Below are positions 31,395-41,530 of a stretch of 64,000 nt of DNA, piece after piece; positions within the stretch are counted from its first letter, which is position 1, and each line of letters begins with the position of its first letter. A program made the translations under genes and the position numbers. The DNA is from an uncultured Poribacteria bacterium (GTDB lineage Bacteria > Poribacteria > WGA-4E > WGA-3G): positions 2,400,001 to 2,464,000 of the forward strand of contig OX638351.1 in assembly GCA_951813565.1 (NCBI GenBank), read 5' to 3'. The notes beneath the pieces are model-generated. The model made no database searches and had not been told where the DNA came from. It worked only from the letters and a program-made list of their open reading frames with translations.

Positions 31395-31862
31395 ATGGCT
31401 AAAATTATTACAGGGCATCGTGTTGGGCAAAATGGTAAAATTCGTGTTGGGTGTTCAGCTGTAATTTTTGATCAGCAGCACAAGAAGATTCTATTAACGA
31501 GACGCCAAGATAATAATCAATGGTGTTTACCAAGTGGAGGTATGGAGCCGGGCGAAAGCGCAAGTGAAGCATGTATTCGAGAAGTCGAAGAAGAAACTGG
31601 TTTACAAGTCAAAATCAAACGCTTAATCGGTGTTTACACAACTCCACACGAGTTGATTGTGTATCAAGACGGAAACAAAATCCAGTTGGTAGCATTATGT
31701 TTTGAAGCAGAAATTGTGGGTGGTGAACTGCAGCTTAGCTGTGAAACAACCGAGTATGGATACTTTTCCTACCAAGAGATACAAGAATTGGACTTACTTC
31801 TGAACCACGCGCAGCGTATTAAAGATGCTTATAACGAAAAAATGACAACGTTTATCAGGTGA
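31395..31862 (+). CDS. NUDIX hydrolase
   Basis: Nudix box GGMEPGESASEACIREVEEETG. Confidence 0.92.
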   Translation: MAKIITGHRVGQNGKIRVGCSAVIFDQQHKKILLTRRQDNNQWCLPSGGMEPGESASEACIREVEEETGLQVKIKRLIGVYTTPHELIVYQDGNKIQLVALCFEAEIVGGELQLSCETTEYGYFSYQEIQELDLLLNHAQRIKDAYNEKMTTFIR

Positions 31863-31916
31863 TGTATAGAACTATTCAATTCCCTATAATTCTGCCTTTT
31901 CTCTAAAATCTCTTAC

Positions 31917-31960
31917 TGTAGGAGCGACCTCCTGGTCGAGACCAGGAGGTCGCTCCTACA
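31917..31960. repeat. Perfect 21-bp-arm hairpin (GTAG-type REP doublet) between convergent genes; may act as a terminator
   Basis: TGTAGGAGCGACCTCCTGGTC-GA-GACCAGGAGGTCGCTCCTACA. Related single REPs occur at 10443 and 29924. Confidence 0.85.
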
Positions 31961-32121
31961 AAAGAAATCGGGGTTACAAACCCCTCCTACAAGAGCACTT
32001 CGCTACAATTGAATGCTTCTGGGTGATGTATACTTTAAGTTGACGATAAGCAAATTTCAGTTAAAGAAACAGGTTGAATCTGGCTAAAAAACTTTTAAAT
32101 CTGTTGTGGTTCAAGGCAAAC

Positions 32122-33546
32122 TTAATCTGACCAAGTAATCGGACGATGTGGGTCAATAAAACAGTTGTCTTTATCTTTGCGACGCGGTGATGGTAATACA
32201 TCTGCTTTTGCTCTAAGCCTTGAAAGGGTCACGGCATAATCTGGATCGTCTATCAGGTTGTTTCGTTCGTCTGGGTCTTTGGCGAGATCAAAGAGTTGGT
32301 CAGGCCAACCCTTATTGTTGTCAAAACGGAAATACTTCAAACTCCCCTCCTTTACCATCACAGAAGGCCCGTTTTGCGCACGCCACAGTTCGCTATATAC
32401 CGTATCATCCCAATCAGCAGAATTTCCCTGAATCAGTGACGCAAGCGATTTTCCATCAAGTTCATCAGGTGCGGGAATCCCCGCTAACTCACACAAAGTC
32501 GGAAATAAATCGATTAACGATACATTCTGCTCAATGATTTTCGGTTCTCGTCCGAATTTCTTTGGATACCAGATTGAAAGAGGTACCCGCGCGGAAGCCT
32601 CAAAATAACTCTGTTTTTCCCACAGACCTTTTGTACCCAGCATCTCACCGTGGTCAGAGAGAAAAACGATAATAAAATCATCAAGCACATTTAGGTGTTC
32701 TAATTTTTCAATCACTCTACCAAACTGTGCATCCATCCACTCAATCATTCCATAATACGCAGCTGTTGCACGGTGTGCCTGACGGTAAGTTACATCTTTA
32801 CCGATCTGAGCTCTAAAAAAGTTGTCATACCCAAACTTTTCGTTTGGTTCTTCAACAATCGGTTCCACGCGTTGCATGTAGTAATTGAACAAGTCAAGCG
32901 GACACTGATACGGATAGTGTGGCGCTATGAGACTTACCGCCATACAAAGCGGATTTGACTTAGGTCGGTCATAAGAGGCGTTAACAAAATATTCCTCAAG
33001 GAATAGAAGCGCACCGTCCACATTATATTGATCATGGAGCATCCAATGCCCTATGCCCGGTTGCGCATCACGGACTTCTTGAACGACTTTGTTTTGTTTC
33101 ATGCCGGTTCCGGGTTCTCGTTCAATCTGTGCGGTGTGTTCGTCTTTCACGGCCGGATAGGGATAGCCGTTATTTCCAATAATATCGCGCCCAATACGTT
33201 CATGCCAACCGTGCATCACATCAGTGCCAACAAAATGCATTTTGCCTGCACAGCATGAATAATAGCCGTAGTTGCCGAGATGTCCGGGAATGGTTCGGAC
33301 TTCTGTCGGCATTGGGTCGCCAAAATTTAAACAACCGCAGTTGCGGGGATAGAGTCCTGAAAGAAAGCTTTGACGGGCAGGAACGCAGACTGGAGATGGT
33401 GTATAAGCATTACGGAAGTATATGCCCTCATCCATAAAGCGAGAAAGTGTCGGCGTGCGGATAACTGTGTCCCCTTCGATCGGCAGGACATCGGGTCGGT
33501 GTTCATCGTTGATGAAAAGTAAAATGTGCGGTTTATTTTGTGGCAT
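32122..33546 (-). CDS. Sulfatase (choline-sulfatase-like)
   Basis: CVPARQSFLSG formylglycine motif, GKMH, SDHGEMLG. Confidence 0.92.
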   Translation of the reverse strand: MPQNKPHILLFINDEHRPDVLPIEGDTVIRTPTLSRFMDEGIYFRNAYTPSPVCVPARQSFLSGLYPRNCGCLNFGDPMPTEVRTIPGHLGNYGYYSCCAGKMHFVGTDVMHGWHERIGRDIIGNNGYPYPAVKDEHTAQIEREPGTGMKQNKVVQEVRDAQPGIGHWMLHDQYNVDGALLFLEEYFVNASYDRPKSNPLCMAVSLIAPHYPYQCPLDLFNYYMQRVEPIVEEPNEKFGYDNFFRAQIGKDVTYRQAHRATAAYYGMIEWMDAQFGRVIEKLEHLNVLDDFIIVFLSDHGEMLGTKGLWEKQSYFEASARVPLSIWYPKKFGREPKIIEQNVSLIDLFPTLCELAGIPAPDELDGKSLASLIQGNSADWDDTVYSELWRAQNGPSVMVKEGSLKYFRFDNNKGWPDQLFDLAKDPDERNNLIDDPDYAVTLSRLRAKADVLPSPRRKDKDNCFIDPHRPITWSD

Positions 33547-33638
33547 GGTTGTTTAGGTTAGATGAGCAGAGAGTTCTAAATTGGGGTTATAAACCCTCCT
33601 ACAAGAGTGTTGCAAAATAGGTAACAACTTGAGTTACT

Positions 33639-34397
33639 TTAGTAAGGAGTCATCAATTCTTCTGCGCCCGGTATCGGTTTTCGCTCAAATTCCGGTGTAA
33701 TCCACCTTTCACCAGGGTCTTTACCCGGTTTATAATATCCATAAACGACTGTCCATCTGGTGTCGCTATCCTGTTTTCTCGGAGTTACGGCATGTGCCGC
33801 ATGTGTCCACATCAGGATGATCGTTCCTGGCGGCATTGATAGCCTCTGGATCTTCAATGGTTCGCCAGTCTCAGGATGCGTTTTTCCTGCCAGCCAACCC
33901 TCTCGTAATGCTTCATCTGTTGCCGCCTGAATTTTGGGATCACGGTAAAGATGGCTACCGGGTACTGCCTTTAAACCACCATCATCCGCTTGAAATCCGT
34001 TGACATAGAAGAATATACGGACATAACCGTAGCGCGGATCATCTTCAGAGTATCCGTGGCTATGCCAACCGATGCCACCATTGCCGCCGGGGCGATTAAG
34101 GCTAACGCAGTGGTCATATCGGATTTCTTCGCCAAGCACTCCGCGCGCAAGTTTAAGCATTTGCGGATGCGGGATCAGGCTTTCAAGATAACTGTCATAT
34201 TCCGCTGCGAATCTGTTCGGTTCATATCCTTTTTTACCACCAGGAATGAGTGATTCAATCCTAACTAACGCTTCTGTCAATCGCTCCTGAGCATCGGTAG
34301 TAAGAAGGCCGGGCAGTACATAATGACCATCACGGTCTAATTTTTTGCGCTCTTGATCGCCGAAAGTGTAATCATGAAAAATCGGTTTTGGTGACAT
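33639..34397 (-). CDS. PhyH-family dioxygenase, HxH variant, copy 1
   Basis: DGHYVLPGLL, GWHSH, GGLKAVPGSHL, THAAHAV...R. Confidence 0.85.
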   Translation of the reverse strand: MSPKPIFHDYTFGDQERKKLDRDGHYVLPGLLTTDAQERLTEALVRIESLIPGGKKGYEPNRFAAEYDSYLESLIPHPQMLKLARGVLGEEIRYDHCVSLNRPGGNGGIGWHSHGYSEDDPRYGYVRIFFYVNGFQADDGGLKAVPGSHLYRDPKIQAATDEALREGWLAGKTHPETGEPLKIQRLSMPPGTIILMWTHAAHAVTPRKQDSDTRWTVVYGYYKPGKDPGERWITPEFERKPIPGAEELMTPY

Positions 34398-34536
34398 AAA
34401 AGACTTTTAAGTTAAACTTTTTATGGTAGATTTTAGAATTACTTGGACACTCTGCACCCGCGAGATGAATCAACGCCGAATGCGCGTGGTAGAATAAGCG
34501 TTTGGTTTTCTGCATAATCTGTCACTAACTACTACC

Positions 34537-35295
34537 TTAATAAAGGGACATCAACCCTTCTACACCGGGAATCAACTTTTGTTCAAATTCGGGTGTAATC
34601 CAACGAGCACCAGAAGGTTTTCCGGGATTGCGATAGGCGTAAACGACTGTCCACCGTGTATCGCTATCCTGTTTTCTTGGGGTTACTGCATGTGCTGCAT
34701 GTGTCCACATTAAAATTACTGTTCCCGGCGGTACTGATAAAGCCTGAATCTCTAATGGTTCACCGGTCTCTGGATGGGTTTTGCCTGCCAACCATCCTTC
34801 CCTCAGCACATCATCTGTTCTACCATGAATTCTTCCATCTCGGTAAAGATGGCTTCCGGGTACTGCCTTTAAACCGCCATCATCCGCCTCAAACCCGTTG
34901 ACATAGAAGAAGATGCGGACAAAACCGTAGCGCGGGTCATCATCTGAATATCCATGGCTATGCCAACCGATGCCGCCATTGCCACCGGGGCGATTGAGGC
35001 TAACGCAGTGGTCGTATCGGATATCATCGCCAAGCACTTTACGTGCAAGTTCCAGCATCTGTGGATGTGCAATCACACTTTCGAGATAAGTATCATATTC
35101 GGCAGAAAATCGATTGGGTTCATGCCCTTCCTTACAACCAGGTATTAGCGATTGAATCCGAGCCAATGATTCAGTCAATCGTTCCTGAGCCTCGGCAGCA
35201 AGAAGTCCAGGAAGAACATAATGACCCTCACGATCAAATCCTTTTCGCTCTTTGTCACCAAAAGTGTAATCATGAAAGATTGGATTTTGGGACAT
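34537..35295 (-). CDS. PhyH-family dioxygenase, HxH variant, copy 2 (tandem paralog)
   Basis: Same length (252 aa) as copy 1, with long identical blocks. Confidence 0.85.
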   Translation of the reverse strand: MSQNPIFHDYTFGDKERKGFDREGHYVLPGLLAAEAQERLTESLARIQSLIPGCKEGHEPNRFSAEYDTYLESVIAHPQMLELARKVLGDDIRYDHCVSLNRPGGNGGIGWHSHGYSDDDPRYGFVRIFFYVNGFEADDGGLKAVPGSHLYRDGRIHGRTDDVLREGWLAGKTHPETGEPLEIQALSVPPGTVILMWTHAAHAVTPRKQDSDTRWTVVYAYRNPGKPSGARWITPEFEQKLIPGVEGLMSLY

Positions 35296-35408
35296 ACAAA
35301 CTCCTAAGTTTGTGCTTCAGATTATTTTAACTATATGCTTAAAAATATATCATTAATTAATTGTTCTTACAATTCAAATTCTGGATATGTCATCACGAAT
35401 CTATTTTA

Positions 35409-35528
35409 ACGTGAGTTTGAAAAATCAGATTTTTGGACTCGGTGCGGTTAGGAAACCGCACCTACCGGGCTTATGAGAATAAGATTTTATGCAAAATGAA
35501 GTTCATATATCTATTATCAAACTCACGT
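35409..35528. mobile_element. 120-bp MITE with IS982-like ends carrying a REP hairpin
   Basis: Perfect TIR ACGTGAGTTTGA / TCAAACTCACGT; 7-bp direct repeat TATTTTA on both sides; internal GGTGCGGTTAGGAAACCGCACCTAC. Confidence 0.85.
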
Positions 35529-36367
35529 TATTTTAGTTCAGGTCCAGGATTTCGATTCCATTTTATCGGTTCAACGTCGCTTTCACAGACCGGCGCGAGT
35601 TCGGCAATTCGTTCCCAATCTGAATCTGTCCATCCGAATTTCTGCCGGAGTCTGCCGATATGTGCCTGCATGCTTGCTGGTAATAGTGCAAAGAATGGAT
35701 GATACCAGAGTGTAATCACAGTCCGGCGTTCATCGGACTGATTGCCGTGTGAGGCGTGTAGAAGCCGAGAATCACCGATAACGAGGTCGCCAGCGTCCAC
35801 TGATATGTCAATCTCGCCTGGGAAGTGCTGAAATGCGGGATGGTCAACGTTTTCTACACGCTGTAGCTCCGCACCGTGTGCGCTTGGCAATATATCATGC
35901 AGTGGGTGTCGCTTCAGATGTGAACCTTTAATCACACGGAGGCATCCGTTATACGGCGTTGTGTCAACCAGATAATACATCAGAAATAGCTGCTGAGGTA
36001 GTGCCGTGTAGCTGCACGGATCGTTCCAACCCCACCAGTCCTGATGCCAAAAGAGCGGTGGACTCTGAGGCGGTTTGCTAATAACATATCCTGATGACCA
36101 TTTTGGTCGCAGGAAACCTAAAGCCTCAAGCGTCTGTAATGCACGAGGATAAACCACTAATTCTGCAAACAGAGAATGTTGATAAACACTGATCATGCTA
36201 CCAGATGAACGGTGTGCGGCGCGTTCCTCTTCCGTTTGGGCATCAAGCAGTTCATCGGTTACTGAGCATAGCCGTGTGAGCATATCTTCCTCTAAGACAT
36301 TTTCAACAACACAGTAACCGTCGGCAATTAATTGATCGTATTTCTCTTTTGGATTTTCGACTTTCAT
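35528..36367 (-). CDS. PhyH-family 2OG-Fe(II) dioxygenase
   Basis: Canonical WHQD, NGCLRVIKGSH, LLHAS..N.S..RR. Confidence 0.9.
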   Translation of the reverse strand: MKVENPKEKYDQLIADGYCVVENVLEEDMLTRLCSVTDELLDAQTEEERAAHRSSGSMISVYQHSLFAELVVYPRALQTLEALGFLRPKWSSGYVISKPPQSPPLFWHQDWWGWNDPCSYTALPQQLFLMYYLVDTTPYNGCLRVIKGSHLKRHPLHDILPSAHGAELQRVENVDHPAFQHFPGEIDISVDAGDLVIGDSRLLHASHGNQSDERRTVITLWYHPFFALLPASMQAHIGRLRQKFGWTDSDWERIAELAPVCESDVEPIKWNRNPGPELK

Positions 36368-36395
36368 AACCCTTCCGCTTTGTCTTTTGCTGCTA

Positions 36396-37169
36396 TCACC
36401 TTTTAGCCACTAAAGAAAACCCATCATCATTCCCTGGATCGAAATCTTCAATTCTACGTTTTTTATAAAAGTGGAAATTCCCAAATCCCGCCTCCACAAG
36501 ACAGTTCTTAATTTCGTCGGTAGAGAGGTGTTTAAGAAAAAAGTCGCACTTGTAATCCACCTGTGTCTTTAGGTCTATTTTAAGCCAAGTGTTTCTTGAT
36601 CCGCTGTCATCTTCGTCATATTCTCCTGTTTGCAGGACAAACACGTTTTTCTCAATTTCAGACAAATTAACCATTGGAAATTGGTTTTTTATTTTTGATT
36701 GATTTGGATGCTCAAAGTAAAGCCTGCCATTAGGCGTCAGTGCTTTATATATTCGGGTTAGGAGCGACACTAAACCTTCTCTGGATTTATAGAAAAATGA
36801 GCCTTCAAAGAAAATAACAGAAAACCTTTCTTCAAAACGCATTTCATTATAGTCACCGAAAATAAATTTAATCTCTAAATTTTCGCGTTGCGTAATCTCT
36901 CGTGCCTCAGAAAGAAAGTTGGACGATAGATCCATACCAATAACATGATACCCCTGCCGGGTAAATTCACGCGAATAACTTCCAATTCCGCAGCCTGCCT
37001 CTAATATGTTGTCGTTTTTAGATAGTTGCAGTGCTTTTTCATAGAAGGGTATATGTTTTTCTACAAAATCTCTCGTCTCAAAATTGTGTCTTGCATGTTC
37101 AAGATACCACCTATCGTATATCTCATGCCCAAAATCAGTTCTATTAAATTTGCCAGAAAGATTGTTCAT
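36396..37169 (-). CDS. Class I SAM-dependent methyltransferase
   Basis: ILEAGCGIG, GMDLS, LTPNGRL. Confidence 0.88.
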   Translation of the reverse strand: MNNLSGKFNRTDFGHEIYDRWYLEHARHNFETRDFVEKHIPFYEKALQLSKNDNILEAGCGIGSYSREFTRQGYHVIGMDLSSNFLSEAREITQRENLEIKFIFGDYNEMRFEERFSVIFFEGSFFYKSREGLVSLLTRIYKALTPNGRLYFEHPNQSKIKNQFPMVNLSEIEKNVFVLQTGEYDEDDSGSRNTWLKIDLKTQVDYKCDFFLKHLSTDEIKNCLVEAGFGNFHFYKKRRIEDFDPGNDDGFSLVAKR

Positions 37170-37399
37170 TTTTTTTCCTTAGACGATCAAGAATGTGAAG
37201 ATAGAGCGTTTTTTTCATAGACTTATCCATTTGATTAATCAAACCATATTCATGAATAAATGTCAAGCGAATTTCAGAGTACAGAGGCATTCAATTGTCA
37301 GCTTATTACCCGTTTTAGGCGAAAGGTTGCTCCTACAGGAAGAGACCTTTGAGAAAAGTTAGAAATTACTGTAGAATTGAATGGCTCTGTTCAGAGTAT

Positions 37400-37761
37400 G
37401 GGTGTGTAAATATTTGGTTACATAGGTTCAATTTGCAATGATTACGCGGCGTTTTCCACTGTAGAGCGGGGTCCCTGTGCCCCATGCCGTCAATTTAAGG
37501 ATATACCCTCTTGTGGGAGGGGTTTTCAACCCCGATAAAACATATAAATCGGGCTTATAAAGCCCTCCCACAAGAGGCAATCTGGTAATTGTGTGCTTAA
37601 ATTGACGCCTATGGGCGGGGTCCCTGTGCCCCGCCACTGTGCAGGACGTGCCATGCAACAGGCAGGCACCAAATCAACGGTCCGAATGCCTTTTGGCATT
37701 CCCCGGAGACCCGCCCCTTCAATAGGAGTTGTGCGGATTTCTACAAAAACTTTACACACCC
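37400..37761. mobile_element. IS256-like MITE (second copy) with a 9-bp target duplication
   Basis: GGGTGTGTAAA...TTTACACACCC, flanked by TCAGAGTAT at 37391-37399 and 37762-37770. Confidence 0.88.
37483..37613. mobile_element. IS4-like MITE nested in a REP
   Basis: CATGCCGTCAATTTAAG ... CTTAAATTGACGCCTATG; 18-bp direct repeat (A/G)GCGGGGTCCCTGTGCCC. Confidence 0.78.
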
Positions 37762-37855
37762 TCAGAGTATTTCAGCTCTTGACTTATTTCTGAGAAATGG
37801 TATTATTTCATAATACTCTTAATCTGAAAACACTAATATGTGGTAGGAGAAGGAA

Positions 37856-38854
37856 ATGTCTAATATTATAAGTTGCCAAATTCATCTTAAAAATCGGATT
37901 GTTGGAATGCCAAAGGAAGAGGATTTTGAAGTAGTTGAAGTGCCGCTACCTGAACCAGAGGAAGGAGAGATATTAGTTCAAAATATATACACTTCTGTGG
38001 ACCCGTATATGCGCGGTGGCATGCGGTCTGCCGAACAGGTTAAACCACTTGATGGTGGGTGTGTCGGTAGGATTGTGTTATCAAACAGCAATAAGTTTAA
38101 GGTTGGAGATTATGTAACAGGATATTTAGGATGGCGTGACTATTACATTGCGCGGGCAGAGAGTGTGACACCTATTGATACTACTATCGCCCCACTCCAG
38201 TCATTTTTAGGTGCCGTTGGCATGCCCGGACGCACAGCCTACTTTGGGTTATTAGATATAGGTCAACCGAAAGAAGGTGAAACAGTTTTTGTCTCTGCAG
38301 CAGCGGGAGCGGTCGGTTCCATTGTGTGCCAGATAGCTAAAATCAAGGGTTGCCGAGTCGTCGCAAGTGCTGGTTCAAACGAGAAAGTTGCATGGTTAAT
38401 AGAGAAAGCAGGCGTTGACGCGGCTTTTAACTACAAGCAGGTTGAGAATTTGGAAGCAGAACTCAGAAAACACTGCCCAAATGGTCTTGACATCTATTTT
38501 GAGAATGTAGGCGGGAAACATTTACAAGCAGCACTTGCGGTGATGAACATGCACGGACGTATTCCGCTGTGCGGGATGATCTCTCAGTATAACGATGTTG
38601 AACCAACTCCCGGTCCGACAAACCTCAGTTCTGCCATCGGCAAACGGATTAGATTACAAGGATTTATTGTCACAGATTTCATGGCGCGTAACCATGAATT
38701 CTATCGGGACATGCGGCAGTGGATCAGCGATGAAAAAATTACTTGGGAAGAGACAATTATAGAAGGTTTAGAGAATGCACCGCAAGCATTTATTGCATTG
38801 TTTACGGGGAAGAAACTTGGTAAGATTATCGTCAAAGTTAGTTCTGATGATTAA
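37856..38854 (+). CDS. NADP-dependent oxidoreductase (MDR, prostaglandin reductase/CurA-like)
   Basis: SVDPYMRG, GMPGRTAYFGL, VSAAAGAVGS, YFENVGG, CGMISQYN. Confidence 0.92.
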   Translation: MSNIISCQIHLKNRIVGMPKEEDFEVVEVPLPEPEEGEILVQNIYTSVDPYMRGGMRSAEQVKPLDGGCVGRIVLSNSNKFKVGDYVTGYLGWRDYYIARAESVTPIDTTIAPLQSFLGAVGMPGRTAYFGLLDIGQPKEGETVFVSAAAGAVGSIVCQIAKIKGCRVVASAGSNEKVAWLIEKAGVDAAFNYKQVENLEAELRKHCPNGLDIYFENVGGKHLQAALAVMNMHGRIPLCGMISQYNDVEPTPGPTNLSSAIGKRIRLQGFIVTDFMARNHEFYRDMRQWISDEKITWEETIIEGLENAPQAFIALFTGKKLGKIIVKVSSDD

Positions 38855-38990
38855 TGTTTCTGTCAAGAGAATTCATTGGAAACTCCTTGATATTCTTGGA
38901 TTAACCAAAGAAAACTGATTATCTTGGCATTTTAAAACTTAATTTATGCCTAAAATCAGGTGAGTAACAACTTGGATTATAATACACAAA

Positions 38991-40187
38991 ATGAAAAAAT
39001 TATTAGGAAGCGTCTTCATCATGATGTTAATGCAATCAACACAGGGATATACTAAAGAAATTCCACCGGTATTTGAAAAAATTGATCCCTATTTGGCAAC
39101 TCCCGCTCCAGGAAACCTGTGTGAAATCCCAGTTGTCATAATGAGATTTTTACCCACCATAGATGGTATCAATCTGGATGTTTCCAAAGCACCTGACTTT
39201 TGGGAATTAGGTGGAATTTCATTAGAGGAATTGAAGGCAAGGATCGATCTTTTTGATAAACGGATAAAGTTTATGCTTGAAGAGGGAACTCGATTCAGAG
39301 GTTATAAAGACACATCAGCAGTTCCATCTATTGGTTATCGGGTAGTAGAATACATCACTATTTATGAACAAACGCCGCAAGGACCGGTTTCAGACCATTT
39401 AAAGGATGGAAGCCCTCTTTATTCGCCTAATTATCACAAAATTTTCGAACGATTCAACATGGAACATTATGTAAACGATTTGGGTGTTAAAGAGATTTGG
39501 ATATGGATGGGAGGTGTCAATTCCGATTTTCCTTGTTATGACCCGGAAATCCATAGACCTGAAGATTTCAGAAACTGGTGGGAATCAAATATGTCAAGTC
39601 CTCTGACCGGAGATATTTCTAACAGCAACCGAGATAACACCGATCTGCCTATCTACAATTCAACTTATACCGTCTATGGGCAAAATTTCAGGAGAAGCCA
39701 CGCTGAAGCAGTCCACAATCACGGACATCAATTAGAGGCAATATTGAGCCATGTCAATCATCTACAATTCGGCAATACAGATCTCTTTTGGAAAAAATTT
39801 GTTGGTCAAAATAAAAACGGTGACTTCATTACGGGGCGTGCAGGCTGGACACACATGCCTCCGAATACAACTAAGCACTACGATTATACTGAAACCATGA
39901 CACCTGTTGAAAGCGATATTGAAGATTGGACACCGGATAATAGTGGTATAAAGAAATTAGTTAACGTTAACACTTATGGAAAATTGAAATATGCATGGCC
40001 AGATGCCGACCCATCACAAATTCCACAACGGGTAGAGTCACAGTGGTATATCTATTGGATGCAGAATATGCCCGGACACAAAAACGGCATTCATTATGAA
40101 AACAAGGATATGACAAATTGGTGGTTGTTTACAGCTGATTGGGATAAGGCTATTTCAGCAGGTGTCGGTCTTGTCTCTAAAGATTAA
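38991..40187 (+). CDS. Secreted hypothetical protein, possible metalloprotein
   Basis: Signal peptide; EAVHNHGHQLE and GWTHMPPN motifs. Confidence 0.6.
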   Translation: MKKLLGSVFIMMLMQSTQGYTKEIPPVFEKIDPYLATPAPGNLCEIPVVIMRFLPTIDGINLDVSKAPDFWELGGISLEELKARIDLFDKRIKFMLEEGTRFRGYKDTSAVPSIGYRVVEYITIYEQTPQGPVSDHLKDGSPLYSPNYHKIFERFNMEHYVNDLGVKEIWIWMGGVNSDFPCYDPEIHRPEDFRNWWESNMSSPLTGDISNSNRDNTDLPIYNSTYTVYGQNFRRSHAEAVHNHGHQLEAILSHVNHLQFGNTDLFWKKFVGQNKNGDFITGRAGWTHMPPNTTKHYDYTETMTPVESDIEDWTPDNSGIKKLVNVNTYGKLKYAWPDADPSQIPQRVESQWYIYWMQNMPGHKNGIHYENKDMTNWWLFTADWDKAISAGVGLVSKD

Positions 40188-40196
40188 GTATATTTG

Positions 40197-40368
40197 TAGG
40201 TTGGGTAGAACGGAAAAGAGGGAGGCGATACAGATATCCAAACATACCTTAAAACTATACGGGTCATATATCATCAGCAAGTCCGGAGTGAAACCCAACT
40301 TCGTAGCACCATATCCATCAAACCGCGTTGGAAAAGTGTTAGGTTTCGCAAGTTTTACCCAACCTACG
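40197..40368. repeat. Inverted pair of GTAGGTTGGGTAGA-type REPs between convergent genes
   Basis: GTAGGTTGGGTAGAAC ... TTTTACCCAACCTAC. The family also occurs at ~45375 and ~50120. Confidence 0.7.
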
Positions 40369-40405
40369 AGTTACTTATTTTATAATTTCATGATAGATGG
40401 ATTGC

Positions 40406-41485
40406 TTAAGCACCGCGACTCAACGGATGTTCGCGATTTGCAATCGGGAACGGAACCCGTTGACCTGTGAGTTGAGATTCATAGGCGCCCAAAATCATCT
40501 CCAACGCAGCAACAGCATCTTCAGCAGCGGAAATCGGTTTCCGGTCATTCTCAATCGCATCAATCAGATCAAGGATAGCCAATTCGTTACCACTGGAAAA
40601 AGGCGTTTGGTCAAGGTCAATCGCTTCCCATTCCTGTTCAGAATTTGAAGGAACTAACACAGGATACGGATAAACCATAAGTCGATTCGCAACATCACCG
40701 CGGAGCGAGAAAGTGCCTTCACTTCCAACGATCTCCATGCCGTATCTGCCTGAGCCTGCTTGATCCTTCCGTGATTGGAAGAAACCAGAAACGCCGCTTT
40801 CAAAAGCGAAGTAGCTATTGATGCAATCCCCAGCAACAGGTCCAACGGGTTCAGTCGGCTCGTGGTCATTACTATAAGCTACCTCTTTACCGTCTTTAGT
40901 AACATGGGACTGCATCCACGCAACATTACCTACAAAAAATCGCATCATATTAAACAAATGTGTGCCGAGGACAATCATATCCTCACCGCCACCGCGATGA
41001 TCCTGCTTACCACTGGCATAAATGGCTTGAATAGTGCCAATTTTCCCATCAGTGAGCATCTGTTTGATGGTGTGCGTTGCAGGAAGGTAGACTGCCTGAT
41101 GCGCCACGGCAATCTTTAATCCTTTTTGTTTTGCTGTCTCAACAATTACATCACCATCTGCAAGTGTGCTCGTCATCGGTTTCTCGCAGTAGACGCTACA
41201 TCCCGCCTCAAGACAAGCAGTTACCATAGCGACGTGTTCCGATGTCCAGCGCGGACAGACACTCACAATGTCTAACGTTTCTTTTTCCAACATGTCACGA
41301 TAATCAGCGTAGCTGCGCAAAGCATTTGCTTCCTCAGCAGCTTTTGCCCTACCCGCTTCATCGGGGTCAGAAATAGCGATAAACTCAACTTTTTCTATGT
41401 TTTTGTATGCAATGTGTAATCCGTGTCCGAAGTTTCCGGCACCCGTATGTCCAATTGCTGCCGCACGATATGTCTTTTGACTCAT
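40406..41485 (-). CDS. Gfo/Idh/MocA oxidoreductase
   Basis: AAAIGHTG, VYCEKPM, GTHLFNMM. RBS GAGGT before ATG 41485. Confidence 0.9.
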   Translation of the reverse strand: MSQKTYRAAAIGHTGAGNFGHGLHIAYKNIEKVEFIAISDPDEAGRAKAAEEANALRSYADYRDMLEKETLDIVSVCPRWTSEHVAMVTACLEAGCSVYCEKPMTSTLADGDVIVETAKQKGLKIAVAHQAVYLPATHTIKQMLTDGKIGTIQAIYASGKQDHRGGGEDMIVLGTHLFNMMRFFVGNVAWMQSHVTKDGKEVAYSNDHEPTEPVGPVAGDCINSYFAFESGVSGFFQSRKDQAGSGRYGMEIVGSEGTFSLRGDVANRLMVYPYPVLVPSNSEQEWEAIDLDQTPFSSGNELAILDLIDAIENDRKPISAAEDAVAALEMILGAYESQLTGQRVPFPIANREHPLSRGA

Positions 41486-41530
41486 AAATAATACCTCTTT
41501 CATAGGGTTTTTAGAACTCAAAGATTGTGT

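Noticed and set aside
37428..37793. Short ORFs within the MITE
   Set aside because: They are chance translations of palindromic repeats, with no RBS or motifs.
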